Part shown: positions 44,650-53,146 of the stretch, one piece after another | Position numbering within the stretch: the stretch's first letter is position 1 | How the letters are laid out: the number at the start of each line of letters is the position of its first letter | Source of the DNA: a virus | Reading direction: 5' to 3' (one strand) | DNA: 64,000 bases | IMG/VR virus record: IMGVR_UViG_3300025127_000009 | Location: 96,001-160,000 of that record | Made by a program: the position numbers and the translations under genes | The notes under the pieces: generated by a model | What the model was told of the DNA's origin: nothing | What the model saw: the letters and a program-made list of their open reading frames with translations, nothing else | Database searches by the model: none

Positions 44650-45005
44650 CTCTTTCTCCCTTTCTTTTTAACAAGAGGTGAATCTTCAAAAAACACTCTA
44701 TACTTTTCTGGAAGACACTCCAGCATAATTTTGAATGAAACAACTTCCCAGTTGTCTATTACATTATTATCTAGTTCTTTAATTTTGTCAAGTTGTTTTT
44801 TATCTATATCTGTTGAATCTAATGCTTGGTGCTTTAAATTATAGCCACCTCTGATTTCTTTTTTAAGTTGGGTTATTAAGTAAGTGAAAGTTGCAACTAA
44901 TCTTACGATAATGTTGCGTTGCTCGTTGAAGTGAAGTGTGCTTTTAACTGCGAGGGCTGCAACAGCCCCCGCAGAAAACCACAAAAAGGAGAGTATCATT
45001 TCCAT
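44646..45005 (-). CDS. N-terminal TM hypothetical protein
   Basis: Hydrophobic N-terminus. Confidence 0.55.
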   Translation of the reverse strand: MEMILSFLWFSAGAVAALAVKSTLHFNEQRNIIVRLVATFTYLITQLKKEIRGGYNLKHQALDSTDIDKKQLDKIKELDNNVIDNWEVVSFKIMLECLPEKYRVFFEDSPLVKKKGRKR

Positions 45006-45046
45006 TTTTCAAATGTAGCACACTTTATAATATTAATCAAAACTAA

Positions 45047-45748
45047 TTAATCTTTTTTGTCTTTGTTAACTTTTCTCTTAAGTGCTTCCTGAATTTTCTT
45101 TGCAACACGACTTGCAATTCTTTCTGCAACTTCTTCTAATTCTTCTTGATCGACCTCTTCTAGGGGTTCTTCGCTGTCAATCTCATCCAAAGACTCCTCG
45201 TCTAAAGGCTCTTCTTCATCAAGATCCTCATCACCCATGTCCATATCGTCTTCATCGCCGCCGTCAAGAGCAGCAAGAATTTGGTCTAGGACATCTCTAG
45301 CGGTCCTCAATGAGGCGGCATCAGACTCGGGAACATCAACTTCGATGTCGTCACCGTCGTCCATGTCATCTTCCATGTCCATGTCGTCGTCGCCCATGTC
45401 CATGTCGTCACCCATTTCATCTTCAGCAGCGCCGCGCATGTCGCCTTCGTCAACCTCGTCCTCGTCTTCGGCTGCGCCACGCATCATTCCCTCATCAACT
45501 TCGTCTTCGTCTTCGGCTGCGCCTCTCATAGCGCCTTCCTCAACTTCGTCTTCCTTCTCGCCACGCATTGCGCCTTCGTCAACTTCTTTTTCATCGTCTT
45601 CTGCAGCGCCGCGCATACCCTCTTCGATCTCCTCGTCTTCTTCAAAGACGTAAGACTTCTCATTAATAGGCCTTAAGCCTGCGAGTTTCCAAAACCTACG
45701 GGTTGTGGTCTCGTTCAAAATTGCTTTCTTGGTTTTCTTATCAGACAT
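45047..45748 (-). CDS. Very acidic repeat protein, scaffold/core-like
   Basis: Five 'EGxMRG..EDE' repeats; 'LNETTTRRFWKLAGL'; C-terminal helix. Confidence 0.6.
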   Translation of the reverse strand: MSDKKTKKAILNETTTRRFWKLAGLRPINEKSYVFEEDEEIEEGMRGAAEDDEKEVDEGAMRGEKEDEVEEGAMRGAAEDEDEVDEGMMRGAAEDEDEVDEGDMRGAAEDEMGDDMDMGDDDMDMEDDMDDGDDIEVDVPESDAASLRTARDVLDQILAALDGGDEDDMDMGDEDLDEEEPLDEESLDEIDSEEPLEEVDQEELEEVAERIASRVAKKIQEALKRKVNKDKKD

Positions 45749-45830
45749 GTCACTCTCCTTTTATTAAAAGAAATAATTTTGTGCTAACACTAATATAAAT
45801 AGACTAAATAAAAACAAAAAGAATATTAAA

Positions 45831-46094
45831 TTATAGTTCATTATAGAACAGATTTTTAAGTTCCTTCTTAAAATTAAGTCTTTTCAGTGCTCGAATTTCT
45901 ATTTGTCGAACTTTTAAATAATTTATCTTTAATCTTTCTGCCACCTCATGTAGGGTTAACCCCTTTTCCTTATCATCTATCGATATTAAGCAGCAGTTTT
46001 TTTCTTCTGGGTAATCAATCCACATTTTACAATCAGCAACTGGACACCCAACGCCCAGTTCTTTACATCGTTTAGAACATTCTGGTAGACTCAT
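45831..46094 (-). CDS. Stand-alone sigma70 region-4 HTH with Cys-rich N-terminus
   Basis: 'LTLHEVAERLKINYLKVRQIEIRALKRL' matches the region 4.2 pattern; six Cys upstream. Confidence 0.75.
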   Translation of the reverse strand: MSLPECSKRCKELGVGCPVADCKMWIDYPEEKNCCLISIDDKEKGLTLHEVAERLKINYLKVRQIEIRALKRLNFKKELKNLFYNEL

Positions 46095-46423
46095 TATGTA
46101 TCATCTTCTCCTCTTTCAATTAAATCATAAACAAAATCTAAATCCTCTTCTGTCAATCCCAAGTCTTGCAAAGTTTGATTCCCTTTTTCTATAAGAGATT
46201 TTTGCTTTTTCAATTTGACTTTACCAATAAGTTTTTTCTTTTCTTTAACTGAAGATATATAAGAAACTATATTTGGATCATTTTCTATATATCCTGTCAC
46301 AATAGATTTAAAAAACTCAACTTGAGATAGACCGTCTCGCCTCAACTTCAAACGTAGATCTGCATGACGCTTGTCAGTATCAGCGAACATTATCTTTTTT
46401 TCTTCTTTGCCGTACCTATACAT
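46094..46423 (-). CDS. Hypothetical protein
   Basis: Coupled stop/start. Confidence 0.55.
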   Translation of the reverse strand: MYRYGKEEKKIMFADTDKRHADLRLKLRRDGLSQVEFFKSIVTGYIENDPNIVSYISSVKEKKKLIGKVKLKKQKSLIEKGNQTLQDLGLTEEDLDFVYDLIERGEDDT

Positions 46424-47453
46424 TTTTATTTAGAATATGCGTTCCACTTTCTACACGGCCTGCGGCAGTTTGAGTTATAAATTCACAACGCGACTGCAAC
46501 TGTGTTATATTCCTAACACCAGTATATGATAATCCAGATCTTATATTCATCGCTAAGTTGCTTAATATTTTTTCAACTGAACCTTTAAAGGGTATTGTGG
46601 TAGAGACTCCTTCTAATGAGCGAGCATTTCCTCTCCATGCCACCTGCGCCTCTACACTTGCCATGCCTCGATAGACCTTGTATCTTTTTCCATTCGATGC
46701 CGCGAACACAGAGCCAGGACTTTCCTCTGTTCCTGCCAGCATTGAACCAAGCATAACAAAATCTGCACCGGCTGCCAAAGCCTTTACAATATCCCCCGCC
46801 GTCTTGATGCCGCCATCTGCGATTATCGCTGCACCGTCCGTATACTTGCAATCATACACAGATTGAAAAGTCGGGACTCCATGACCGGTTTGAATTCTTG
46901 TTGAACATATAGATCCTCCACCGATACCAACCCTAACTGCGTCGGCCCCCCACTCTGATAGATCTAAATAGGCCTCTTTTGTCGCAACATTACCCGCGAT
47001 AATAGCAATATTCGAATCCCACTGGTTTCTTATCTTCTTAATAGCATTTTTAACTAGTTTGTGATGACCGTGGGCCACGTCAATGCAAAGTATGCGAGCG
47101 CCAACATTGTACAATTCCTGGGCTCGTTCAAAAAAGTCTCCAGATGTTCCAATTGCTGCAGAAATAGAATTAACTTGTTGACTCTGCTCTTCTTCTAACG
47201 TGTTCCTTATGTCGCCAACCATTGCTGTTTGTTCTTGAATAGTACTATATCTATGTACAATACCAAGACCCCCCGCTTTAAACATCTTCAATGCCATATC
47301 GGTCTCAGTTACAGTATCCATAGGGCTAGATATTATTGGCAGATTAAAACTTACATCGGTAATTTTTCTTTCCAAACTTACTTCACTTCTGGAATTTATG
47401 TCACTGCTTTGCGGTACTAGCAAAACATCATCAAAACTAAGTGTTTGTTTCAT
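46416..47453 (-). CDS. IMP dehydrogenase / GMP reductase family (no CBS domains)
   Basis: 'SPMDTVTE', 'VGIGGGSICSTR', 'IADGGI', 'YRGMAS', 'EGVS'. Confidence 0.92.
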   Translation of the reverse strand: MKQTLSFDDVLLVPQSSDINSRSEVSLERKITDVSFNLPIISSPMDTVTETDMALKMFKAGGLGIVHRYSTIQEQTAMVGDIRNTLEEEQSQQVNSISAAIGTSGDFFERAQELYNVGARILCIDVAHGHHKLVKNAIKKIRNQWDSNIAIIAGNVATKEAYLDLSEWGADAVRVGIGGGSICSTRIQTGHGVPTFQSVYDCKYTDGAAIIADGGIKTAGDIVKALAAGADFVMLGSMLAGTEESPGSVFAASNGKRYKVYRGMASVEAQVAWRGNARSLEGVSTTIPFKGSVEKILSNLAMNIRSGLSYTGVRNITQLQSRCEFITQTAAGRVESGTHILNKNV

Positions 47454-47709
47454 TTACGTGCTCCTTTAACTGTTCTAAAAATTCCTTTGCATTATTCCAA
47501 CATGTTGGGCAGTATAGATTTACCTTTTCCTGTTTCTTTCTGACCACTACACTCCAAGTGGTAACATGCTCTTTATTATTTTTATCATACGGTTCTCCAC
47601 AAGTCAAGCACATATTAGGTATTTTATCAAATAGACCCAATGTTTCTTGCATCTTCTTTTTTGCTTTTTTAAGTTTAGTTCGTCTCAACTTTCTATTGGC
47701 AGAAGACAT
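47437..47709 (-). CDS. Small zinc-binding protein
   Basis: CLTC..CPTC. Confidence 0.6.
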   Translation of the reverse strand: MSSANRKLRRTKLKKAKKKMQETLGLFDKIPNMCLTCGEPYDKNNKEHVTTWSVVVRKKQEKVNLYCPTCWNNAKEFLEQLKEHVNETNT

Positions 47710-48158
47710 TAGTATAATCCTGTAGAGCCAAAACCACCAGCACCTCTTTCAGTTTCAGTGCCATAAATATCATCTTCATTGATTTGTTCAATCTCTGGAG
47801 TGACGATTGGAACTAGCACAGCCTGCGCTATTTTTTGTCCCGGTTTCAATACTTGTACATCTGTACCGATGTTGTGAAGGTTAACAAACACCTCGCCGTT
47901 ATATCCATTGTCAACCACGCAAGCACCAACAACCAATTGCTTCTTGTATGCTACGCCTGACTTGTTTTTAATTTCAAGCATGTGATTAGGTGGCACAGAA
48001 ATTTTTAGCCCAGTAGGAAACAATTCAGTTTTACCTGAATAAATATTTTTTGGTTGGTTGTTTTCCGGACAGAAAAACAAATCCATTCCCGCATCTGTTG
48101 AGTGCGCACGCACTGGTAACTTAGCATTTTCTCTAACTTTATAAACCTTAAGTCTCAT
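47709..48158 (-). CDS. dut: Trimeric dUTPase
   Basis: 'DAGMDL', 'KSG', 'VVDNGYNGE', 'KIAQAV', 'RGAGGFGSTG'. Confidence 0.96.
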   Translation of the reverse strand: MRLKVYKVRENAKLPVRAHSTDAGMDLFFCPENNQPKNIYSGKTELFPTGLKISVPPNHMLEIKNKSGVAYKKQLVVGACVVDNGYNGEVFVNLHNIGTDVQVLKPGQKIAQAVLVPIVTPEIEQINEDDIYGTETERGAGGFGSTGLY

Positions 48159-48174
48159 TTTTTCTCCTTTCTAC

Positions 48175-51100
48175 TTAAGCCAATAATTTAAACATTTTTC
48201 TAACAGATCTAGTGCTAAAGCCCCACTGAGGATCCCAATCGAGTCGGGCCATGTAGGGCCTATTCACAAAAACAAAGTCTTTCTCTGGTTTGACTCCCCA
48301 ACACTTAATTGTGTTAGTTTCTGAGTTTGAATCAACAACCCTAACAATATAAAAGTCTTTACCGTTGCGTGTCTTCTTGACTATAACTTCGCGAGGTATA
48401 AACCAACACACTTGAAGTTCGGCGTCAAACTCAGATATCGGAGGTATCATTAAACTATCAATTTTGCTTTGCAAATTTTCATTCATTACTAAACTAATTG
48501 GAAACACTCCGATTAAATCTACAAGGTATTGTATTTTTTCTTCTTCGGTGAAGTCCCCTTCATCTCTATAGTTGTTGATGTTCTCCAAAAGATTTTTTTC
48601 TTTCCTCGGCCTATCAACCGCGATTGAAGACCAAAAATGCTTAAGACCTGTAAATCTTTCATCCATCAGGCAGTTAAGCGCTTGGCTTCTGCAGAGTGCA
48701 TCTAATGACTTTTTATTCAATTTAGAATACACAATATTATCATTGAATATAAACTCCTCTATTGTGTCGAAAGGCCTATTTTCTATAATTTGCTTTATCG
48801 CTGAATCGCCTAACCCCTTTATAGAGGACAAAGGCTGAATCAAAGTTTTGCCATCGCTGCTAATCTCCCACACTACACCAGAAGTATTAACGTTTAACGG
48901 CTCTATAGAAAAGCCATAAGACTTGGCTATGTTGATAGCCTTCTCTTTTCTGCTATCTGGCTCTTTATCAAGGAATGCAGCCATCCAACACTCAGGATAA
49001 TAATTCAACAACCAAGCACACTGGAAAGACAGAACACAATAGGAAACCGCATGAGATTTATTAAAGCCGTATCCTGAAAAGTACTCAAACTTATCCCATA
49101 TTTCTTTTGCCTCATATACTTTCATTCCTTTCTCTATGCACCCATCTTTAAACTTGCACCAAATTTTATCTTTTTCTTTTTCGACCTCGCCTGTGCCTTT
49201 CTTTGTCAAAAGTTTGCGCAACTTGTTGCCTTCGTCTAGACTTAGATCTTTACCAAGTTTATGAGCCAACAAAGCAATCTGCTCTTGAAAAATAAGAAAG
49301 CCGTAAGTTTCTTCAGTGACTTCTCTTACATAATAGTTTAAATACTCTACCTCATGCGGATTTTGTTTTGCCCCAACATAAGCCTTGTCTACCCCTGCCG
49401 ACAAAGGACCGGGCCTATATATGGAAGTAATAGCAGCAAGATCAGTTATATTATCTGGCTGTGCCTGTTTGCAAAAAGACTGCGCTCCACCCTCTGTAAA
49501 CTGAAATATTCCAGCCCATTTACCTTCATGGAATATATTTTGCCAAACCTGTTTATCATCCAAGTTTAGCCTTTCGGGATGCAAGTTGTTTTCATAAAAG
49601 TTTTTTATATCTTCAAAACTAGGATCCTCTATATCGTGATATCTTTTCAAGACATGTCCTATCGCACCCTCTATCATCCTAAGAGATGCCAGACCCAATA
49701 TGTCAAACTTAATAAAACCCATTGGCTCCAAGTGTCTGACATTCATACCTTCTGACCAAGGAGTTTGGGTGACACCACCACTGTTTATAAGAGGCATCCA
49801 TTCATTTAAATTTTCACCAACCACTACACCACCAGCATGCCTAGATGCTGACCTGGTTTGTCCGTAAAGCGCATTAACATGTGTTTTAACATCTGGATAT
49901 TTATCCAAGAACTTTTGTAAAGATTCAGAATATTCCATAAGTTCTTCAAATGTTGGATTGTAAACACCTGCACTAATACCGTGCGCCTTCTTCGCCAAAG
50001 GGGTTGCTTCGTGGACCATCTTATTTGTAACGGCATTAACTTCAGTAAATTCTATACCATAAAATTTTGAAATATCTTTTATTAACGACCTTAATTGAAG
50101 CGTATTCCAATTGGTTATCGGGACAACAGTTGTGCTCCCCCACTCCTCTATCAATTGTTCTTTGAGAACCATTGGATCAGATACATCATAGTCAATATCA
50201 GGATAGCCTGAGCCACCCTTTGTCAAGAATCTTTCAAATTGAAGTCCGTGACGTATTGGATCAACCTGCGTAATCCCAAGGGCATATGCAACTAATGATC
50301 CTGCTGCTGAGCCTCGACCCGCACCCGTCAGTTGCATTAACGTTGCTTTATCAGCAATTGCTTTCATTGTCAAAAAGTACTTTGAAAAACCTCTCTCTTC
50401 AATTACGGCAACCTCTCTTTTCAACCTGCTGACATACGCGGACTTATTGTGAAAGCCTTTTTCTTTCGCCCCAGATATACAAAGCATAGCCAATGCTTGC
50501 CCTGGAGTTTGTCCTTCGGGCACGACAAAATCAGGCAAGCGAACTGTATTGTCGGGAAGGAAAGATTCTATTCTATCAAAGGCTATCTTGTGCGTCTCTT
50601 TTATTGAATTTAAAATTAGTTCATCATCATATTCGACTCCACACATTTTAGAGTATTTCTTATAAGAATCCCACATCTGATCACCATTCTTGGGGTACAG
50701 TTCATAGCCAATCTCTTCAACGTCAATCGGTAGTTCGCTGCTAAGCCATTCTGGCCTCTTACCTAAGAAGCCCAATCTCTTGTATAGTTCTCTATCTTTC
50801 CAAGCATCTGGAGAATAGTAATGAGAATCAGCGGTTGATATAAGTTCTATTCCAAACTCATAATGCATTTGTATTATATATTGATTTAATTCGTGTTGCT
50901 CAGGCACATTATTCCACTGTAATTCACCATACCACCTGTCTCCAAATATAGATTGCATTTTTTGTGTGGTGTGCCTCATTGCGTCTACAATAGCATCTTG
51001 ACCGGCGTCACGATTTTGCCAGTAATTGCCTGCATAAACCCCCCCAAGACATGCACTGGCAGCAATAACACCCTCGTTATGTTTCTTCAACATTGCATAA

Positions 51101-51606
51101 TCAATACGAGGATATCGATAAAAGTTTTCTGAACTGTATGATTTTGAAATCATTTTAAAGATATTCTGTAGGCCCGTTTGATTTTGGGCTAAAAGAATAA
51201 GATGACTTCTACGATTCAAAATAGACTTCATCTTCTTTTTAGAAGCCTCATTTTCAATTGTCGCGCCTGATCTAACATCATCTAGTTGCTTTTTGCTTTT
51301 AGCATCTTCTTTCGCTTTATTGTAATCTTCCCTCCAATTAGCAATTGATGGAATAAAATATGCTTCACAGCCAAAAATAGGCTTGAATTCTTTACCTTGA
51401 TCTTGCATCTTCTTGGCATGAAGTACCTGATATGCCAAACCATTTGCATTGCCATGATCTGTAAGCGCCAATGCATTCATTCCATTGTTGTATGCATAAT
51501 CCATATGCTGCTGTGGATAACCCAGAGCATCAAACAATGATCCTGCAACGGAATGTGCATGTAAACCAACGAAAGGTATAGATGGATTTTCTCGGTTCTC
51601 TGTCAT
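48175..51606 (-). CDS. dnaE: DNA polymerase III alpha subunit
   Basis: PHP 'LHAHS..ALTDHG', 'GRGSAAGSL', 'PDIDYD', 'KFDILGL', 'YGFNKSHA'. Confidence 0.97.
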   Translation of the reverse strand: MTENRENPSIPFVGLHAHSVAGSLFDALGYPQQHMDYAYNNGMNALALTDHGNANGLAYQVLHAKKMQDQGKEFKPIFGCEAYFIPSIANWREDYNKAKEDAKSKKQLDDVRSGATIENEASKKKMKSILNRRSHLILLAQNQTGLQNIFKMISKSYSSENFYRYPRIDYAMLKKHNEGVIAASACLGGVYAGNYWQNRDAGQDAIVDAMRHTTQKMQSIFGDRWYGELQWNNVPEQHELNQYIIQMHYEFGIELISTADSHYYSPDAWKDRELYKRLGFLGKRPEWLSSELPIDVEEIGYELYPKNGDQMWDSYKKYSKMCGVEYDDELILNSIKETHKIAFDRIESFLPDNTVRLPDFVVPEGQTPGQALAMLCISGAKEKGFHNKSAYVSRLKREVAVIEERGFSKYFLTMKAIADKATLMQLTGAGRGSAAGSLVAYALGITQVDPIRHGLQFERFLTKGGSGYPDIDYDVSDPMVLKEQLIEEWGSTTVVPITNWNTLQLRSLIKDISKFYGIEFTEVNAVTNKMVHEATPLAKKAHGISAGVYNPTFEELMEYSESLQKFLDKYPDVKTHVNALYGQTRSASRHAGGVVVGENLNEWMPLINSGGVTQTPWSEGMNVRHLEPMGFIKFDILGLASLRMIEGAIGHVLKRYHDIEDPSFEDIKNFYENNLHPERLNLDDKQVWQNIFHEGKWAGIFQFTEGGAQSFCKQAQPDNITDLAAITSIYRPGPLSAGVDKAYVGAKQNPHEVEYLNYYVREVTEETYGFLIFQEQIALLAHKLGKDLSLDEGNKLRKLLTKKGTGEVEKEKDKIWCKFKDGCIEKGMKVYEAKEIWDKFEYFSGYGFNKSHAVSYCVLSFQCAWLLNYYPECWMAAFLDKEPDSRKEKAINIAKSYGFSIEPLNVNTSGVVWEISSDGKTLIQPLSSIKGLGDSAIKQIIENRPFDTIEEFIFNDNIVYSKLNKKSLDALCRSQALNCLMDERFTGLKHFWSSIAVDRPRKEKNLLENINNYRDEGDFTEEEKIQYLVDLIGVFPISLVMNENLQSKIDSLMIPPISEFDAELQVCWFIPREVIVKKTRNGKDFYIVRVVDSNSETNTIKCWGVKPEKDFVFVNRPYMARLDWDPQWGFSTRSVRKMFKLLA

Positions 51607-52434
51607 TTATAAATGCCTTTCAATCTTTTTTATATTTCCAGTAAATAAACTTTTCCAAAATGGTATCGATTCAAAACTTAAACCTTGTTTAAAAAATGTT
51701 TGATACCCTTTCCAATCTTTTATATTAAAGTAACTATCAACATGACTCGTAGCCATATTTTCCCTCATTATATCATCGCCAAAAATAATGTCAAGACTAA
51801 ACTGAGTTTTTGTGTTCATTCTTTTGTATAAATAATTGCAATGTTTAAATTGTTTCGGGCTTAAACTAAAACCTAAATGATCATTTGTAAATACACTTTT
51901 ATTTTCAAAGTTAAATACGAACGAATCATGTGATAATATCTTATCTCTTTGCTCTTTGATGAGATAAGGGTCATAAACTCCATAAGGACTTGAAACATAA
52001 TATCTTTGTGGCACAACCCATTTAGATATATTACTACTAACTGCAAAACAAGCAGTTATACCATCTAATACTGAAACCCCTAATCCTTCCTTGTTTTGAT
52101 TTTTATACGACAAAGGAGAATAAAATATCGGTATTGATTTTAGATTCTCTTGAGGAAAAACTTTGTATTTAGAATTAATAATCGCGATTGGATCTTGTAT
52201 AAAGTCTCCGCAGATCTTTTTTATCAAAGGAGCAATAGAGTCGTCGCAGACAACCCATATCGTCTTACACCCAGCAAAAGCGCACTCTACAATACTTCTT
52301 TGTATAGCATAAAAACCATTATCTATAGGCATAACACAGGGGTGGAAAATCAAATCAAAATCAGAATTAATTTTAGATACTGGGACAATCCCTGCGATAT
52401 GCTTGCTCAATGCGTTTTTCGTCGTCGTATCCAT
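51607..52434 (-). CDS. Degenerate NTP-transferase-like protein
   Basis: 'AGIVPV', 'AIQRSIVECAFAGCKTIWVV' resemble the sugar-phosphate nucleotidyltransferase N-terminus. Confidence 0.5.
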   Translation of the reverse strand: MDTTTKNALSKHIAGIVPVSKINSDFDLIFHPCVMPIDNGFYAIQRSIVECAFAGCKTIWVVCDDSIAPLIKKICGDFIQDPIAIINSKYKVFPQENLKSIPIFYSPLSYKNQNKEGLGVSVLDGITACFAVSSNISKWVVPQRYYVSSPYGVYDPYLIKEQRDKILSHDSFVFNFENKSVFTNDHLGFSLSPKQFKHCNYLYKRMNTKTQFSLDIIFGDDIMRENMATSHVDSYFNIKDWKGYQTFFKQGLSFESIPFWKSLFTGNIKKIERHL

Positions 52435-53146
52435 AATTCTTTATCTTTTCGCTGCTTTCAAACACAGTTTTTTCGATTGTCTCAACGTGCCTAGAAGTTA
52501 CGACCAAAAGAGGTTTTTTTCTATACTTGCCGTCTTTAGTCGCTGGTGCTGTTTCAATGTTTAAATCTTTTAATATCTTCTGCAAAACAAATCTAGACAT
52601 TGTGTCAGAATAATTAAAATCTAATAACTGCTCTTTATTTAAAACAGAAACGCACACAGCATTTCTTGGGCCTTCAAACAATATTTCTTTTATAAAAGTG
52701 TCAGTAGGACTAATGCCATCTAATTCCGAAACATTGCAATAAGATATCTTAACAAAGTCCAAAACTTTATACAAGCCTAAATTTATTATCTTCTCAACAT
52801 TATTAATGCATTTGATCTTAGAATCACTAAACAGTAAACACTCCTTATATTCAAGAGAAATTTTCTTCTTCGATAAATTAAAAAGTATTTTATCCTCCAC
52901 TCTAACATAATCTGGATTTGAATGATTCCTAAGTAACCCTCTCTCTGAAACAATAAATTTTAAAAATTGCCAGCAATCAAAGTGCTTTGTAAAAGAAATA
53001 TTTTCTACTATCAGTGGCTCTAAAAATCGCTGGTCAACAGAAGGTGCTTTAAAAGAAGACAAAACTATTGGTATATTCTTGTGATAAGATAAAAGCAAAG
53101 CGCTCAAACTTGAGCCAACTATTATCTTGTCATCATTCACAGGCAC
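52373..53146 (-). CDS. Hypothetical protein
   Basis: 'IIVGSSLSAL' Rossmann-like start. Confidence 0.55.
   Translation of the reverse strand: MPVNDDKIIVGSSLSALLLSYHKNIPIVLSSFKAPSVDQRFLEPLIVENISFTKHFDCWQFLKFIVSERGLLRNHSNPDYVRVEDKILFNLSKKKISLEYKECLLFSDSKIKCINNVEKIINLGLYKVLDFVKISYCNVSELDGISPTDTFIKEILFEGPRNAVCVSVLNKEQLLDFNYSDTMSRFVLQKILKDLNIETAPATKDGKYRKKPLLVVTSRHVETIEKTVFESSEKIKNYGYDDEKRIEQAYRRDCPSI

Noticed and set aside
45420-45620. Tandem DNA repeats resembling a CRISPR or VNTR
   Set aside because: In-frame coding repeats of the acidic protein with no unique spacers; no CRISPR array was seen anywhere in the window
52414-52434. MDTTTKN start identical to that of gene 9862-10719
   Set aside because: Codons differ, the W motif is absent, and the region overlaps the upstream gene in another frame; likely coincidence
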